The notes beneath the pieces are model-generated. The model saw only the letters and a list, made by a program, of their open reading frames with translations. It was not told the DNA's origin and did no database searches. This document shows, piece after piece, positions 1 through 16,012 of a stretch of DNA of 64,000 bases. The translations under genes and the position numbers were made by a program. The stretch is from Eledone cirrhosa (lineage: Eukaryota): the NCBI GenBank assembly GCA_964016885.1, contig OZ024741.1, positions 43,338,001-43,402,000 of the forward strand. Reading direction: 5' to 3'. The first letter of the stretch is position 1. Every line of letters begins with the position of its first letter.

Positions 1-665
1 GCATGGGCGTGCATCTGTGCGCTTATGTTAGTTGATATATTAAATTATCTATATATATATATATATGTATATGAGAAATCAAAAACGTAAGTCGATGCTA
101 ATATCAATTATATCAAAAGAACCACAAGCTTTCATTATGCAGTACAATCGACGCCTGTGCATAGAAGTGAAGGCGAAAATATAAAATAGACGTGGACAAA
201 AATGGTAGTGCACAACCATTGCATCAAACAAACGTTTGAATGGAACATCGAAATTATCTGTCGTACAACACCATAATTTTCAACGCCAACATCACACGAG
301 CAGAGGAACACAAATTAGATTTTCTGCTGAATTTTTTATTATGGCTAAATTAAACATTGTTATGACAGTTTACATAAATTGAATTATGATATTGCTTTTG
401 ATAACTAAAGTCGGAATCCAAATATTTGTCACACTACAAAAGAGAAAAAAAACCGTGTTCAGGGAAGTAACACGAGTGAGCTATTACCATGGATAAATCA
501 GTTAAAATAAGTTAAAGGAAATTGCACTGAATGGCGTCCCACCAAGCTAACTAAATAATAGAATCATGTCCTGAGAGATGAAATGGTCTTGAGATTTGTG
601 ATCACACACTCATACCCACCCAATCGCATGCACACATATCCATTATTATGTATATACAGAGACGC

Positions 666-744
<79 letters not shown>

Positions 745-1019
745 TATATTATTCTCTTCCTTGCTAAGTTACTTTACTTTGATCTAAATACCTATAAATG
801 TTTAGTTTGAAATTGTCAGAATAGTCTTGGTTGATTGGACATTTTTCCCATTGCCATAGTTAAAATGTAGTAGTAGCAAAATAAGAGACTTTCTATAAAG
901 TAGTTTTAGATACAATGTCTGAAGTAAAAATCGAATGGTTATAGGCGGAATATCTTTCATCATTGATCTGTTGAAATAAGGTTAATTAAATCTATTCCAA
1001 ACAGGACGCCAAATCGACT

Positions 1020-1180
1020 AAGTGACTAAGAAATTCACTTCACAGTTGTTAGATCCCGGATTCAATCATATAGTGCGGCATTTTGGGTGAGATTCGTTTT
1101 TCACAACCTTCAGACGACCCAAGTTTCCGAGTTAAATTTATAAGACGTCACTTTGTGGAAACCTGCCGCATGGCCTGTAC
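1020..1180 (+). mobile_element. Degenerate tRNA-derived (CORE-like) SINE remnant
   Basis: B-box-like ccggattcaatc followed by sequence resembling a common octopus SINE body; heavily diverged. Confidence 0.35.
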
Positions 1181-2257
1181 ATGCAATTCGAAGGGATTGA
1201 CTTGTTAAACACCGTGTTACACCGAATCCCAATGAGGTTAATGTTAAACCTGCTGCACACAGCCATGGAGCGCTGAACGGATTTCTCGTTATTTTCACGA
1301 ATAAGTGGAACAGTCATTGTTGAAACCGCCGGAGCTATCTTCTATACTCTTCCACGCTGTTCTATTCCATTTATAACATATTCGTAATCATTTTCCAAAT
1401 CTCTTATTATATTCTAACTAATCCTAGTATCATGGTTACTTTTATAAAGAGATCTACATAGTAGACATATATGATATATTAACCATAGATTATGTGACGT
1501 GACTCATGTTATTGTTAGTCTTTACAATTTATATTTGCACTTCCCTAACGAAACTCTGAAGATTTCGTTTCAATTTTCATTGCGCTTAATACATTTCTCA
1601 TTGCGTTGGATATATAACTTTCGGCATTAATTTTTCAATGATTATCAAAATTATCGACAAATAGATTGTTTAAATGTCAAATATTTAATTTAATGCCAAA
1701 ATTGATCAAAAGAAAATATTTCTTATTTTAAAAGTCATTGCAGCTATTTAATTGAAGAAACTCAATATCTCCCATATTCTGATTTCCCCCTTCAAGCTAA
1801 ATGTTATTTGATAAATAGATCAACTTATAGTAATATTTTAATCAATGCAAAACATTGAAACTATTAGATTTCTAATTTTATATCACATTTGTATTCACGT
1901 ATACTGGGGATTAGAAGGGAACCAGGAGGGGGTACACAACGATTAAGTGTAATCTAAAAAAAATGATATTCCGGTATTAGATGTAAATTCATTACCAATG
2001 CTACCGAAAAGGTCTGCAAAATGACAGGAACGTTTCTGAACGCTTTGCGATAACCATGTTATGAAACGAAACAATTCTATTTATTAGTTTTCTATTTTTA
2101 ACAGCTATTTGTGCACTGAAAAGAGATATAGTGTCTCAGTACCTAAAACTACAAAGACGTGCGGGGAAATATGCGTGTCCGTCTTCATCAAGCTTTAGCT
2201 GTTGTTGGTCGTTTTTCCCACATTTTATTTATAATTCCTATAAATACACACACACAA

Positions 2258-2290
<33 letters not shown>

Positions 2291-2387
2291 CACACACATA
2301 CACACACACACACACACACGCACACATACACACATATATATATATATTTATATGTGTATATATAATATATATATTTATCTGTATATG

Positions 2388-2463
<76 letters not shown>

Positions 2464-2597
2464 TATGCAAAAGTTTTATTTAAAATTGTTGGGTTACAAC
2501 GAGTAAATATTTTATAACTGATATAAAAGCACTCAACAAGTTTTGGAGTAGATTTACGATATTAAACAAATGGAAACTATATTTATAAAACCATATT

Positions 2598-2663
2598 TAT
2601 TTCATTATATATATTTCAGGGATATCATATTAAAAATATGGTATGCCTTCCTCAGACAAAATA
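2598..2663 (-). ncRNA. Type I hammerhead ribozyme (family A) in a short non-coding repeat (~2460-2730)
   Basis: Minus strand: tattttgt-CTGAGGA-aggcataccat...atgatatccct-GAAA-tatata-TA-atgaaata; stems I and II pair, stem III is palindromic; homologous to 10479, 10671 and 55055. Confidence 0.75.
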
Positions 2664-2767
2664 CAATATATAAACCGTTTTATAAATAAATTTGACATAC
2701 CTTAAACATTACAACTTCCATTAAAAAAGTTGATTATATATTATATATACATATTTTATTTACTTTA

Positions 2768-3195
2768 TTGTTAACTCTGTATCCGAGAATCATTCGGTGT
2801 CCTAAATTGAATTTTAGTCTACGACTCTGTTATACCTTTTACGTGGTTTTGTGTTTGCGTGTAATTGTTCTCACGGCTCCACATAATTTCCGTATTATTT
2901 CCGTATTATTTCCGTTCATTGCCAGAGGAGGTCTCCAGGAACTACCTAATAGAATATTAGTCTACGACTTCATTTATACCATAAAGGTGGTTTTGTCTTT
3001 ACGTGTAATTGTTTTCTCCGCTTCAAATAATGACGTATTCTTCGTTTTTTTCCGTTCTTTGCCAGGGAACGTTTACACGAACCAAAGTATGGTCTTCCTG
3101 TCTTCCTTCGGTTGCAAAGTTTTTTGAAATATTTACTTCTGCGTTCACAGATTGACTTTTTTAGTTTCAGAACATCCCTTTCAGAACATCCCAAA
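2768..3195 (+). repeat. PLE pLTR-like repeat with an internal ~140-bp tandem duplication; inverted homolog at 6690-7035
   Basis: Shares gcgttcacagatt..tttttagtttc and ttccgttcatt blocks with the reverse complement of 6750-7030; breaks off at the start of the HHR core. Confidence 0.55.
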
Positions 3196-3227
3196 TATAT
3201 GTATACACACACACACACATACACACA

Positions 3228-3315
<88 letters not shown>

Positions 3316-3357
3316 CATACATACACACACACCCATATATATATATGCATACATACG

Positions 3358-3400
<43 letters not shown>

Positions 3401-3448
3401 ATGAAATGACAGGAGGCTGGATTTGTGTAAATCCTTGAAAGGTTTATT

Positions 3449-3506
3449 ATACTATGATCATTTCAATGACCGGGTTCCGTATGAATCCGGTGATATCATC
3501 AGGTAT
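3449..3506 (-). ncRNA. Minimal type I hammerhead ribozyme
   Basis: atac-CTGATGA-tatcaccgg...ccggtcatt-GAAA-tgatca-TA-gtat; palindromic stem III (atgatcat). Confidence 0.7.
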
Positions 3507-3886
3507 TCGAAATATAATACGTGAATGTAATAGGTAAAATCCATGGGGCTGAAAATCGAGACCCGAGGGCGACCGCTATTCTGTTCCTTCAACCTCAGCC
3601 GGTCGCTCTGGAGTGACGTGGCTAAATTTTATAGTATGCTACTACCGGTCAGATGAACGAAAACAGAAAGGGATGGGAGCATAAGTTAACGTCGATCCCA
3701 TGACACAAGGTAAAAGAAAGAAAGAAAGGAAGGAGAGAGAAGAAGGGGGAAGAAAGAAGAAGAGAAGCCAGGGTTAATGTCAGCTAAAAGAGGAAGGCAA
3801 CTACTACTGGTCAGATATAGGCAAGCAAGAGGGGGAAGGAAGATAAGTCTGCGGGAGGAAGACAGGAGGAGGGGAGAAGAGAAGGA

Positions 3887-4896
3887 AGAGAAGTAGAAAA
3901 GTAAGGGTTGATGGCTACAAGAAGGAAGATAGAAAGAAAGAGGAAGAAAGGTCGATATTAATGTCAGAACACAGTCAAGTCAGGAGTGGCGCGAGAAAAT
4001 TTTCACAGGGACCCGCATCTTAGCAGAGGTGAATATATTGGGAGTCAGTGTGTTACAGTGTTTAGACTTCTAGGATGAAGTTAAAAAAATTAATAATCAA
4101 TATTCAGTATTAAAGAGGTTAGAAAATTTAAAGTTCAACAGTTTAACATTTAATTATATAATAGTTCCGATTTGTTCTGTAATTTAAAGGTACTATGTGG
4201 CGGTTAAAACACCGGCCGCGCCCCGGGCCCCATGGCGAATTAAGCCACGCCGAGTATTTTCATTTACTGAAAGAAGGGGAAATTTATTTTTCCAAGCACT
4301 CCAGGTGAGCTCGTTCGCCAGGGAGCTGGTCGGGCCGCCATTAAAACCCACCCAACAGTCCGACAGAAAGTTGGAACTTTAAAATTTTGCTTAGAGAAGT
4401 AAAAGAGTAATGGTTGATAGCTACAAGAAGGAAGATAGAAAGAGAGAGGAAGGAAGGTCGATATTTATGTCACACCACAGTCGGTCCAGGAGTGGCGCGA
4501 CAACATTTTCACAGGGACTCGCATCTTAGCAGAGGTGAATATATTGGGGGTCAGTGTGTTACAATGTTTAGACTTATAGGATGAAGTTAAAAAATTAATA
4601 ATCAATATTCCATATTAAAGAGGTTAGAAAATTTAAAGCTCAACAGTTTCAGGTTGATATATCTAATAGTTCCGATTTGTTCTGTAATTTAAAGGTACTA
4701 TTTGGCGGTTAAAACACCGGCCGCGCCCCGGGCCCCATGGCGAATTAAGCCACGCCGAGTATTTTCATTTACCGAAAGAAGGGGAAATTTATTTTTCCAA
4801 GCACTCCAGGTGAGCCCGTTCGCCAGGGAGCTGGTCGCGCCGCCGCTAAAACCCACCCAACGGTCCGAAGAAAGTTGGAACTTTAGAATTTTGCTT
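3887..4896. repeat. Direct tandem duplication of a ~505-bp unit (3887-4392 / 4393-4896)
   Basis: Two highly similar units; duplicate ORFs at 4197 and 4702 in the ORF track. Confidence 0.9.
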
Positions 4897-5504
4897 AACT
4901 CTATCGGATGAAGTTGAAAGAATTCAGAATAACATTATAGAACTAAGGAGTAAGAGGATTGAGAATTGAACAAACAGAAAATTGAAGATTAAACATTCAA
5001 ATAACTTCTATGAGGTTTTGGGTTGCGGGGTTTAATTAAATAGTCTTTAATGAAGAAACGTTAATTGTATTATGTAGATCTGTAATTTATCTTAGTGGCA
5101 TGTAGAGTACGGGATATAGTCGTGTAATGTTTAATTCTTGTTCTCAGGAGGAGACATTCTAGTGTCGTGTGCTAATGGGTACAGGTCCCAATGTGAGGAG
5201 TAGAAATACATGGATACATAAAAGTGGAATACGTGGAAGAGCACATTGGTACAGCAGAGGTATAAATATATAAACATATCAATATATAGGTATAAACATG
5301 TAAATAAACCAACAAGAGTGGTGTTGGAGTAAGATGGAGAAATCAGGACATAGGAGAATTACATAATATTTAACTCCGTAATAGCACCACCAACTACAAA
5401 AACAAAGACGGTTGAACTGCTTTACGTTGAGTACTCACTATATTATTGCATTACGATTGACCATACGGAATAGACCAGCTCTATACAATGGTGAACCTCA
5501 AACC

Positions 5505-6695
<1,191 letters not shown>

Positions 6696-6710
6696 ATAAG
6701 AACAAATTAA

Positions 6711-6761
6711 AGTTTAAGCAAAGAATCGCCGCTTTCAACATTAACGGAATCTTCAGAAACT
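6711..6761 (-). ncRNA. Hammerhead ribozyme motif (family C), stem II degenerate
   Basis: agttt-CTGAAGA-ttccgttaatgtt-GAAA-gcggcgattctttgc-TT-aaact; homolog at 23637-23683. Confidence 0.55.
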
Positions 6762-7289
6762 AAAAAGTCTAATCTGTGAACGCAGAAGTAAATATTTCGA
6801 GAAACGTTTCAACCGAAGGAAAACAGGAAGACGATATTTTGGTTCGTGAACACGTTTCCTGGAAATGAACGGAAAAAAGCGTGGATAATACGTCGTTATG
6901 TGGACCAGGAAGAACAATTTCATGCAAAGACAAGACCGAGTTTATGGTATAAACAGAGTCGTTAGACTAATATTCTATTTAAAATAACCGAATGATTTCC
7001 AGCCCCGGAGTTTAAGAATGATGTAAATAAAATTGAAAACGAAAATGACAGAGGTTATTAAAATAGTAAAAGTAAATAGTGAAGATTTAGGCCAGTACAT
7101 ACGTATGCGCCGACGGACATACACATATAAATACATACGCACACACAAATACATACAGACACACGCGCGCGCGAGCGCACGCGTGTGTGTGTGTAAACCT
7201 TATGTATTTCTAGAGTATTTTCACCAAACTTAAGATATAGGTTACTTATGTACTCCGGATGGTCATGGGCACTTTCATTTTTCCAGATA

Positions 7290-7605
7290 TTGATTATAGG
7301 GCTTCTCGGCAGATAACCCCCTTTAACCGCTTCCTTGGAGTCGACTGAAGCATTGCAGTGCAATGCAACAAAACGTCATAACTTCTGGAGTTCGCAACCA
7401 ATTTTCACAAAACTTGACACATGGGCTACATTTGTTCTACAGATGAATGTGAACTCTCAGAATTGGCACATATTGAGTAGGGGGCAGGAACCCTCTTTTG
7501 GTAAAAGCTGATGATTTTGTAAAAGTATAGTTTTCGAAGCAGCACTGAAGTATTGCCATATATGCTATTTAATACCCCACCAACGCCGGGTACTTCTGCT
7601 AGTTA
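7290..7605 (+). mobile_element. Possible non-autonomous Helitron/Helentron-like remnant
   Basis: Ends in caacgccgggtacttctgCTAGt, a typical 3' terminus of such elements; no coding evidence. Confidence 0.3.
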
Positions 7606-8266
7606 ATAAATATGAAGCATGGTTTTATAGATTTATATGAGAATTAGTGGGTAAGATTTGGAGTAAAGGAAATTATTTAATAACAGAACATACGGAAATT
7701 TCTATATAGATATACTCATAATTCTTTTCAAAATATTTGAAAGAGTAAACGAGTATATATAGACTTGCAGTGTCCATACAAACCTATCACAAATAACAAT
7801 ATTCGTGTCATAATGTGGCAATAGATTTCCAATTATCTTCTCTAAATATTTTGAATGAGCCTTAGTTATGAGAAAATTCCGTGGTGTATGTTAATAAAAT
7901 AGACAGAAAATCTTCTCATAGACATTAAACAATATGAACTCAATCCCATTATTTCAAAAGGTTTTCAGAAATAAAATCAGGTTTTTGCTTCCATTTTCTG
8001 TGGTCATATTTCTCCCACATTACTTCAGTGAAAAGGCTGACATATTTAAAGTTGTATTACAATATATCGAGCATATATCCAGCCATGTGCGTATATGAAG
8101 CAATGGCATTAATTGGAATAAATTCTGTACAGGGTGGACCACGTGAAGATTGCCATTTCCCATCCCATTATCTAGATACGATGTAAACAGGAAGTCCCAA
8201 AATGGTTAAGGTACAACAATACATATTCACTAACATACTCTAATGTATTTATATTATATTATATTA

Positions 8267-8456
8267 TGTGGTGGATTGGCAGTATCGGTAGAGTGTCGGA
8301 CCCTTGCTTTGACGCATAGAGTTACGGCCCTTGTCATTCTGAGTTCAAGTCCCGCCGAGGTTAACTTTGCCTTTCATCCTTACGGGGTCGATAAAATAAA
8401 GTATCAGTAATACACTGGGATAATTGCTGGCCTTGTGCCAAAAGTAGAAACAATTA
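8267..8456 (+). mobile_element. tRNA-derived SINE (octopus-type, main family)
   Basis: A-box tggcagtatcgg, B-box gagttcaagtc, body cctttcatccttacggggtcgataaaataaag, 3' ggccttgtgccaaaagtagaaacaatt; many copies in the window. Confidence 0.85.
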
Positions 8457-9369
8457 TATTGTGACTTCATCCTAATTTTCAGCAACTCCATTAAGCTGAC
8501 AATCGTTCTCCACTTCCGCTTCTTCTCATTATCTTCCTCTACCTCATTTTCTATTTCTTATCTTTCCCTTCCTCTTCTTCAACTTTCTCGTCTCCCACTC
8601 CCCCCCCCCCCCCCCCCCATCACCTCTATTCCTCATCCTTCTCTTTCTCCTCTTCGACTCCTTTCATTTTCGCTCCTTTCCCCTACGCACTCTCAGGTCT
8701 AGTTCTATAGTACGCCAACAGATAGTAATACATGGTTGCATGAGCAGTGAGATGTAGTAGTGGCATATTCATGCGTCAGTGTGCTAAGTAATATCACTGG
8801 TTTCACTTCGTAAGTTGAGACATTTGTGTTTTGATGATCAAGTGTATGCCAAGTGTATGCTAAGTGTATGCTGTGTCCTGCGATTTTTTTTTATAAGATA
8901 AACCATTTAAGGACAAGACAAATGAAGTTTAGAGAGAACAACGAAACAATACAAGTTTAAAATTCCCTAACTTCTAGAACGCAGGAACATTATATGTTAG
9001 AGAGATGTAGGTAGACTGATGTAAATATATTCCATGTGAAGGTTCACAGAAACTGTAGATGTTAGAGAGATGTAGATGTACTTCATTTGGTGGTGCATAG
9101 AAACCGCACCTGTTAGAGTGATGTAGGTAGAGTAATCCAAATGTTCTTTATGTGAAGGTGCATCACTTAATAGTTAAGATGTTCGAGAGTTATAGTTGTA
9201 TGCTCAAACATGAGCTCTGCATTTGTCACTCTGAATCTTCCAGAAAACGATCTTAACAATGCCCATGTCTACTAACTGCACAAGTTTGTAACAGATTAAT
9301 TTCAAGAAGAGGTTGATATATTGTTCGAAAAACTGATCTATTGTTCGGCGTCTGAGGAGGTGGAGGTCC

Positions 9370-9408
<39 letters not shown>

Positions 9409-9494
9409 TTATATACATATATATATAGTTTCTCCTTTTCCTTCTTCACCAACATCATCATCATCATCATCATCATTATCATCATCACTACGAT

Positions 9495-10000
9495 CTTCTT
9501 CTTCTTCTTCTTCTTCTTATTCTTCTTCTTCTTCTTCTTCTTCTGCTTCTTCTTCTTCTTCTTCTTCTTCGCACATTTATTACTGAAAGGATCGTGGAGG
9601 CAGCGTCCTCAAAGACTCCTTCAACCTGATCCGGTTGAATCCTCAAGCCGAGCAAATGGATATTATCCAACCATCCTGCTCGGGGTCTACCCTTGGGTCT
9701 CCTGTTGGTTGGTTTGACCCGTAAAATCTGTCCAACGATTTCTTCTTGAGACAATCAAACCGCATGCCCATAGTATCGGAGCTGTGATTTCTCAATTCGG
9801 AGAAGTTGGGGCTCAACCTGGAGCTACGCAATTTATTGTGAAAAGTTACCCCAAAGACCTTCGGAGGAACCACATTTCTGTAGCTTGTAATCAGGATCGT
9901 ATTCTATCAGTCATTACCCAAGATTCGTGACAATAGGTAAGGGTTGGCACGAATACCGAATTGAAGAGACCGCGTTTGGCATTTACACCTACCCCCATTC
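9495..10000 (-). mobile_element. 3' fragment of an RTE-like LINE with (AAG)n tail
   Basis: Translation RRPKGRPRAGWLDNI, a typical RTE C-terminus, followed by a trinucleotide tail. Confidence 0.6.
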
Positions 10001-10292
10001 TTCTCATAAGTTTGACTTGAAAATAAATTCATACATATTCAGTATAATTAGTTTCAATACTTGAAACGAAGATTGAACGATAAGCTTAAATATAACAACT
10101 CATACGCCTGTATACAATAGGCTATTACATGGTACATACATCAATGTCTATATAATAATTATTAGATATGGAAAGATAGACACATTTGTCATCAACAACG
10201 CATAATTGTCCGTATGATTTCCCATTTACAATTATAAACTGCTTTACGCTGCGGAAGTTATAATAGTAGGATACTCTGTATGTACATTCGTA

Positions 10293-10338
<46 letters not shown>

Positions 10339-10339
10339 A

Positions 10340-10780
10340 GCAAAGGGATATTTAATTTGTAGGTATTTCAACACATATATATTTATATATTTATAACTGA
10401 TTCGAAGCACTCCACAGTTTTGTGGAGTATAATATCAATGATATTAATAAATGGAAACTATATTTATAAAACCATATTTATTCTATTATATATATTTCAA
10501 GGGTACCAAAACTTTGGTACGCCCTCATCAGATAAAATACAAAATTTGTTTTATAAATATTGACATATCCAGGAACGAGATCTTAACAGTTCAAGTTTTA
10601 CCTGGATAGTAAAACTTGAACAGTTAAGATCTCGTTCCTGGATATGTCAATATTTATAAAACAAACTTTGTATTTTATCTGATGAGCGCATACCAAAGTT
10701 TTGGTTCCCTTGAAATAAATACAATAAAATAAATATGGTTTATAAATATAGTTTCTATTTATTAATATCATTGATATATA
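10340..10780. repeat. Fold-back palindrome of the family A element, with HHRs at 10479-10539 (-) and 10671-10731 (+)
   Basis: Arms are reverse complements around ~10604; tattttat-CTGATGA-gggcgtacca..tggtaccctt-GAAA-tatata-TA-atagaata. Confidence 0.85.
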
Positions 10781-10786
10781 TCTCTC

Positions 10787-10867
<81 letters not shown>

Positions 10868-11084
10868 AAGTGCGTGTGTGCGTGTGAGTGTGTTGGCGTA
10901 TATATATGTAGTGCGTGTGCGTGTGGTTTTATGTCTACCATGAATAAATGAGTTAGAGATAAATTTGCCTTCCAATGTAGTACCTAACTTCACATCGAGT
11001 TCAACAGTATTAAAATGAACTATTTTATTCCGATGTGAGGATATTTTCTAGGAAAAATACAAAGAGGCCCCCATCCGCTGCTAG

Positions 11085-11293
11085 CATTGCGTTCAGTCGG
11101 TGCTTATCCCGATTACATGGCATGAAACGACAAGGCTCTGCAGGAGAGGACGCCAGTTCATCGCATGTTAACACCCTCAGCCATTGTTGGACCTCATTTT
11201 AAGCTGAGTATACTGGAACAACGTGATCTGAAGTGTTTTGTTCAAGAACACAACACGCAACCCAGCCTATACCACTAGGCCACATGCCTTCAC
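11085..11293 (-). mobile_element. SINE remnant (second family)
   Basis: Minus strand gtgttgtgttcttgaacaaaacactt core-like motif after a tRNA-like head (gtggcctagtggt). Confidence 0.5.
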
Positions 11294-11294
11294 G

Positions 11295-11441
<147 letters not shown>

Positions 11442-11936
11442 GAAAGAAGGTTTACATGGTTTGCTATACAAAAAAGTTTTTAATCACATAGCTTACATTT
11501 GTTTCACTGAACTGGTCTGTCTAGAGATCGCTATCCGCCTAATTTTGCGTCACTCGATCGCCAATACAGAATTATAACCAGTCAGATCTTCGGAGCATGC
11601 GAGAATGAAGAAAATACACAGGCAAGAAAAGAAAAGAAAATATGGAGTAGTTATGGCATTCAATTAGAACAATAACAACAACAATTATTACAACAAAGGA
11701 GACCCTGACATTACTTGGGTGGGGGGTATATAATGTATCTAATGTTACGGCGTGAAAACCAGCTGTCATAAGGCAAAAAGTATCGTAGTGTGTATCAATT
11801 TTAAATTATAAAGATAAGCTAGTTTTTACAGTCTTTCTCTTCATCTTCAACAGTATACATGAGTGGGACCACTGTCAAAGCTCAATAGTTGTAGATTTAA
11901 TACAGAGGTTAACGAATTAATATACGCATATATCTA

Positions 11937-12004
<68 letters not shown>

Positions 12005-12332
12005 AATATATATACACATATATGTGTACATAGCCACATACATACACATCAATATACACTCGTACAAAAATATACATACATGCAAAGAGAAAAGCGTGCT
12101 AATTGTAATTATTGCAAAAAGAAGGTAAAGTAACATTGTAGTAGTGAAATGAGAAAAACTAGGATCTAGGATCAAATGATTGCAGCAGCTGAGAAGGAGT
12201 AAGATTGTTGGTAGATGAGGTATTTACAGACAATTGGGTGGTATAGACTTGTGAAGGAAATAGTATACTTAATGAATATATTTCTGTGGGTAGTAGGTAT
12301 CCTAATTTAAAGCTATGTTATGTTGGTTCGAT

Positions 12333-13219
12333 TCACGGAGGTTTGAATCTTATGAATTTAGTGGCTATTCTATGTCTGCAGAAGATAGATCTTTCTAACT
12401 TATTATTAAGTAGCCTTTTAACATTTCTAAGGATATACAATAGCTCAAGATCACACAGCCCGCAATAGGACATCCCTGTACTATAGGTTTTAGCAGCCGA
12501 CAACTTCGAGCGGTTGATAGTGTAGCTAGCGTTGCTGTCCTTCAATTCCCATATTTTTCTGGCGAGGGTGGTGGAACCCATAAGTGCTCGGTTTTTCATT
12601 GAGTGCCTGTGCACATACCATCTTTTCTTAAAAGAACCCGCGGTGGATCCTATGTAATTCCAGGTGGAGTTACCCGAGATGACAGTGCACATGTGCACCA
12701 GGCTCGAATCGAGACATCTGTTCGCCAATGGGCACCTATCTGGGAGGTGACAGTTGCAGTTTGAGGCGCTATTTTGTGCAGCTTTTACATTCCTATTTAG
12801 TACCCTGTTATAAGTGGGTTGTGATATATGCCCAATGGGGTTTTGCTGCTGCGCGTTTGTATGCGCTTGTGGTTGTGATGTTGTGATGAGTTTGTGCTTA
12901 TGTATAGGTGCAATTGATTTACTTGAGATATTTCTGTGGTTGATCTTGCGTATGTGTGATTCTATGTTAGCTGCTGTTGAGAAAGAGAGTTTTATAGTAG
13001 ATCTATTGAGTATTTTGTGATATCTATGCGAGATAGGGAAGTGTTTATCTATTAGTTTAAAGAATGTAGAGGGCAGTTTAGTTTTTATAGAGGAGTTGAA
13101 TATTGGGTTGAACCATAGGTATTTTCTTTGTCTGTTTCTTCTATTGTTTCTAGGGTTTACGTTATTAGTGTTTTGGCCGTTTACTCTAGGTGTTACATGT
13201 CTAACCCTATGTCTAGTCA
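12333..13219 (-). pseudogene. Inverted duplicate of the PLE linker + GIY-YIG region
   Basis: Protein nearly identical to the C-terminal part of the 13301-15271 ORF. Confidence 0.9.
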
Positions 13220-13220
13220 C

Positions 13221-15271
13221 TAACGGTATCATAGTAAAAGCAGACAAAACATCAAACGTATACTCTATGGACATTAACACATACAATAACTTTATTCAGC
13301 GTGAACTACATAAAAAATATAAAAAAAACAAATGAATATACACTCACCAGCATAAACATGGAGGGCCTCAAGATAGTTAATAAACTCGGAATTTCAGATA
13401 GGACCGAACCGCTTACCCCGTGCAACCCTACATTTAACCTGAACGATCACAAAAATAACTTTGAAACTAATCCCACCATTAGATTAATATGCCCACCCAA
13501 GTCAGACATAGGTAAAATTAGCAAAAACATTCTAGATAGGGTAATCGCACAAATAAAGGGTAAACTAGAAATCAATTTATGGGGCAACACTAACGAGGCA
13601 ATTAAATGGTTCAATAAAATACAAAATAGGGAGACGTGTAACTTCATACAATTTGATATAGACGACTATTATGCATCCATATCCCCAGCTACCCTAGATA
13701 AGGCGCTTATATTTGCCCAAAATAACTCTGATCTTACCCATGATGAAATTAAAATAATAATAGCGGCTAGAAGGACTATCGTAAAATTTGAAAATAACTA
13801 CTGGGTAAGAAAGGATAGAATAAATAGCTTCGATATTACAATGGGATCAAATGATTCTGCGCAAATTATAAATATCGTGGGGCTATTCATAGCACAGAAC
13901 CTACATAAGGAATTCAGTAACCTCCAAGGAGGAATTTATAGGGATGACACGTTTCTTATAGCTAGGAACCTAAACAACCAGAGCATGGAAAGACTAAGGA
14001 AAAATATTAGAATATTCTTCAAAAAACTAGGCCTAAGTATTACCTACGAACTAAACCATAAGAAGGTAAATTTTCTAGATGTAACTCTAAATCTAAATAC
14101 TGTATTAATAGAACCTTTCCACAAAAATAATGAAAATCTTGCCTACATTAGTTACAACTCAAATCACCCCAAATCCATAATTAAATCCATAGCACGTAGT
14201 ATATCCATCCGAATATCCCGCCTATCCTCAAACCTAGCAATCTTTAACGAGCATGCTGACTATTATAATGCAGCATTAAGTAGGGCCGGTCATAAAGATA
14301 AACTACAGTATATAGTGAATAAGGACAACATAAACAATCCTAGTAATTTCTACTCCAACCGCTCACATAATAATAGGAATAGCTTGACTAGACATAGGGT
14401 TAGACATGTAACACCTAGAGTAAACGGCCAAAACACTAATAACGTAAACCCTAGAAACAATAGAAGAAACAGACAAAGAAAATACCTATGGTTCAACCCA
14501 ATATTCAACTCCTCTATAAAAACTAGACTGCCCTCTACATTCTTTAAACTAATAGATAAACACTTCCCTATCTCGCATAGATATCACAAAATACTCAATA
14601 GATCTACTATAAAACTCTCTTTCTCAACAGCAGCTAACATAGAATCACACATACGCAAGATCAACCACAGACATATCTCAAGTAAATCAATTGCACCTAT
14701 ACATAAGCACAAACTCATCACAACATCACAACCACAAGCGCATACAAACGCGAAGCAGCAAAACCCCATTGGGCATATATCACAACCCACTTATAACAGG
14801 GTACTAAATAGGAATGTAAAAGCTGCACAAAATAGCGCCTCAAACTGCAACTGTCACCTCCCAGATAGGTGCCCATTGGCGAACAGATGTCTCGATTCGA
14901 GCCTGGTGCACATGTGCACTGTCATCTCGGGTAACTCCACCTGGAATTACATAGGATCCACCGCGGGTTCTTTTAAGAAAAGATGGTATGTGCACAGGCA
15001 CTCAATGAAAAACCGAGCACTTATGGGTTCCACCACCCTCGCCAGAAAAATATGGGAATTGAAGGACAGCAACGCTAGCTACACTATCAACTGGTCGAAG
15101 TTGTCGGCTGCTAAAACCTATAGTACAGGGATGTCCTATTGCGGGCTGTGTGATCTTGAGCTATTGTATATCCTTAGAAATGTTAAAAGGCTACTTAATA
15201 ATAAGTTAGAAAGATCTATCTTCTGCAGGCATAGAATAGCCACTAAATTCATAAGACTCAAACCTCCGTGA
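13221..15271 (+). CDS. PLE RT + GIY-YIG endonuclease, 5'-truncated, one frameshift at the A-run near 13321
   Basis: ADKT, QFDIDDYY, ITMGS, IYRDD, NFLDVTL, SNHP, WFNP, CNCxxxxxCPLxxxC, YIGSTAGSFKKRWYVH, CGLC, CRH motifs. Confidence 0.92.
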
Positions 15272-15599
15272 ATCGAACCAACATAACATAGCTTTAAATT
15301 AGGATACCTACTACCCACAGAAATATATTCATTAAGTATACTATTTCCTTCACAAGTCTATACCACACAATTGTCTGTAAATACCTCATCTACCAACAAT
15401 CTTACTCCTTCTCAGCTGCTGTAATCATTTGATCCTAGATCCTAGTTTTTCTCATTTCACTACTACAATGTTACTTTACCTTCTTTTTGCCATAATTACA
15501 ATTAGCACGCTTTTCTCTTTGCATGTATGTATATTTTTGTACGAGTGTATATTGATGTGTATGTATGTGTCTATGTACACATATATGTGTATATATATT

Positions 15600-15656
<57 letters not shown>

Positions 15657-16012
15657 AGATATATGCGTATATTAATTCGTTAACCTCTGTATTAACTCTA
15701 CAACTATTGAGCTTTGACAGTGGTCCCACTCATGTATACTGTTGAAGATGAAGAGAAAGACTGTAAAAACTAGCTTATCTTTATAATTTAAAATTGATAC
15801 ACACTACGATACTTTTTGCCTTATGACAGCTGGTTTTCACGCCGTAACATTAGATACATTATATACCCCCCACCCAAGTAATGTCAGGGTCTCCTTAAAT
15901 AGTTTATTGATAGCATTGTTGTAATAATTGTTGTTGTTATTGTTCTAATTGAATGCCATAACTACTCCATATTTTCTTTTCTTTTCTTGCCTGTGTATTT
16001 TCTTCATTCTCG

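Noticed and set aside
4197-4911. Duplicated 61/69-aa plus-strand ORFs
   Set aside because: Non-ATG starts, products of the tandem duplication, no recognisable domain
8267-8360. tRNA gene
   Set aside because: The A and B boxes belong to a multi-copy SINE head; no cloverleaf
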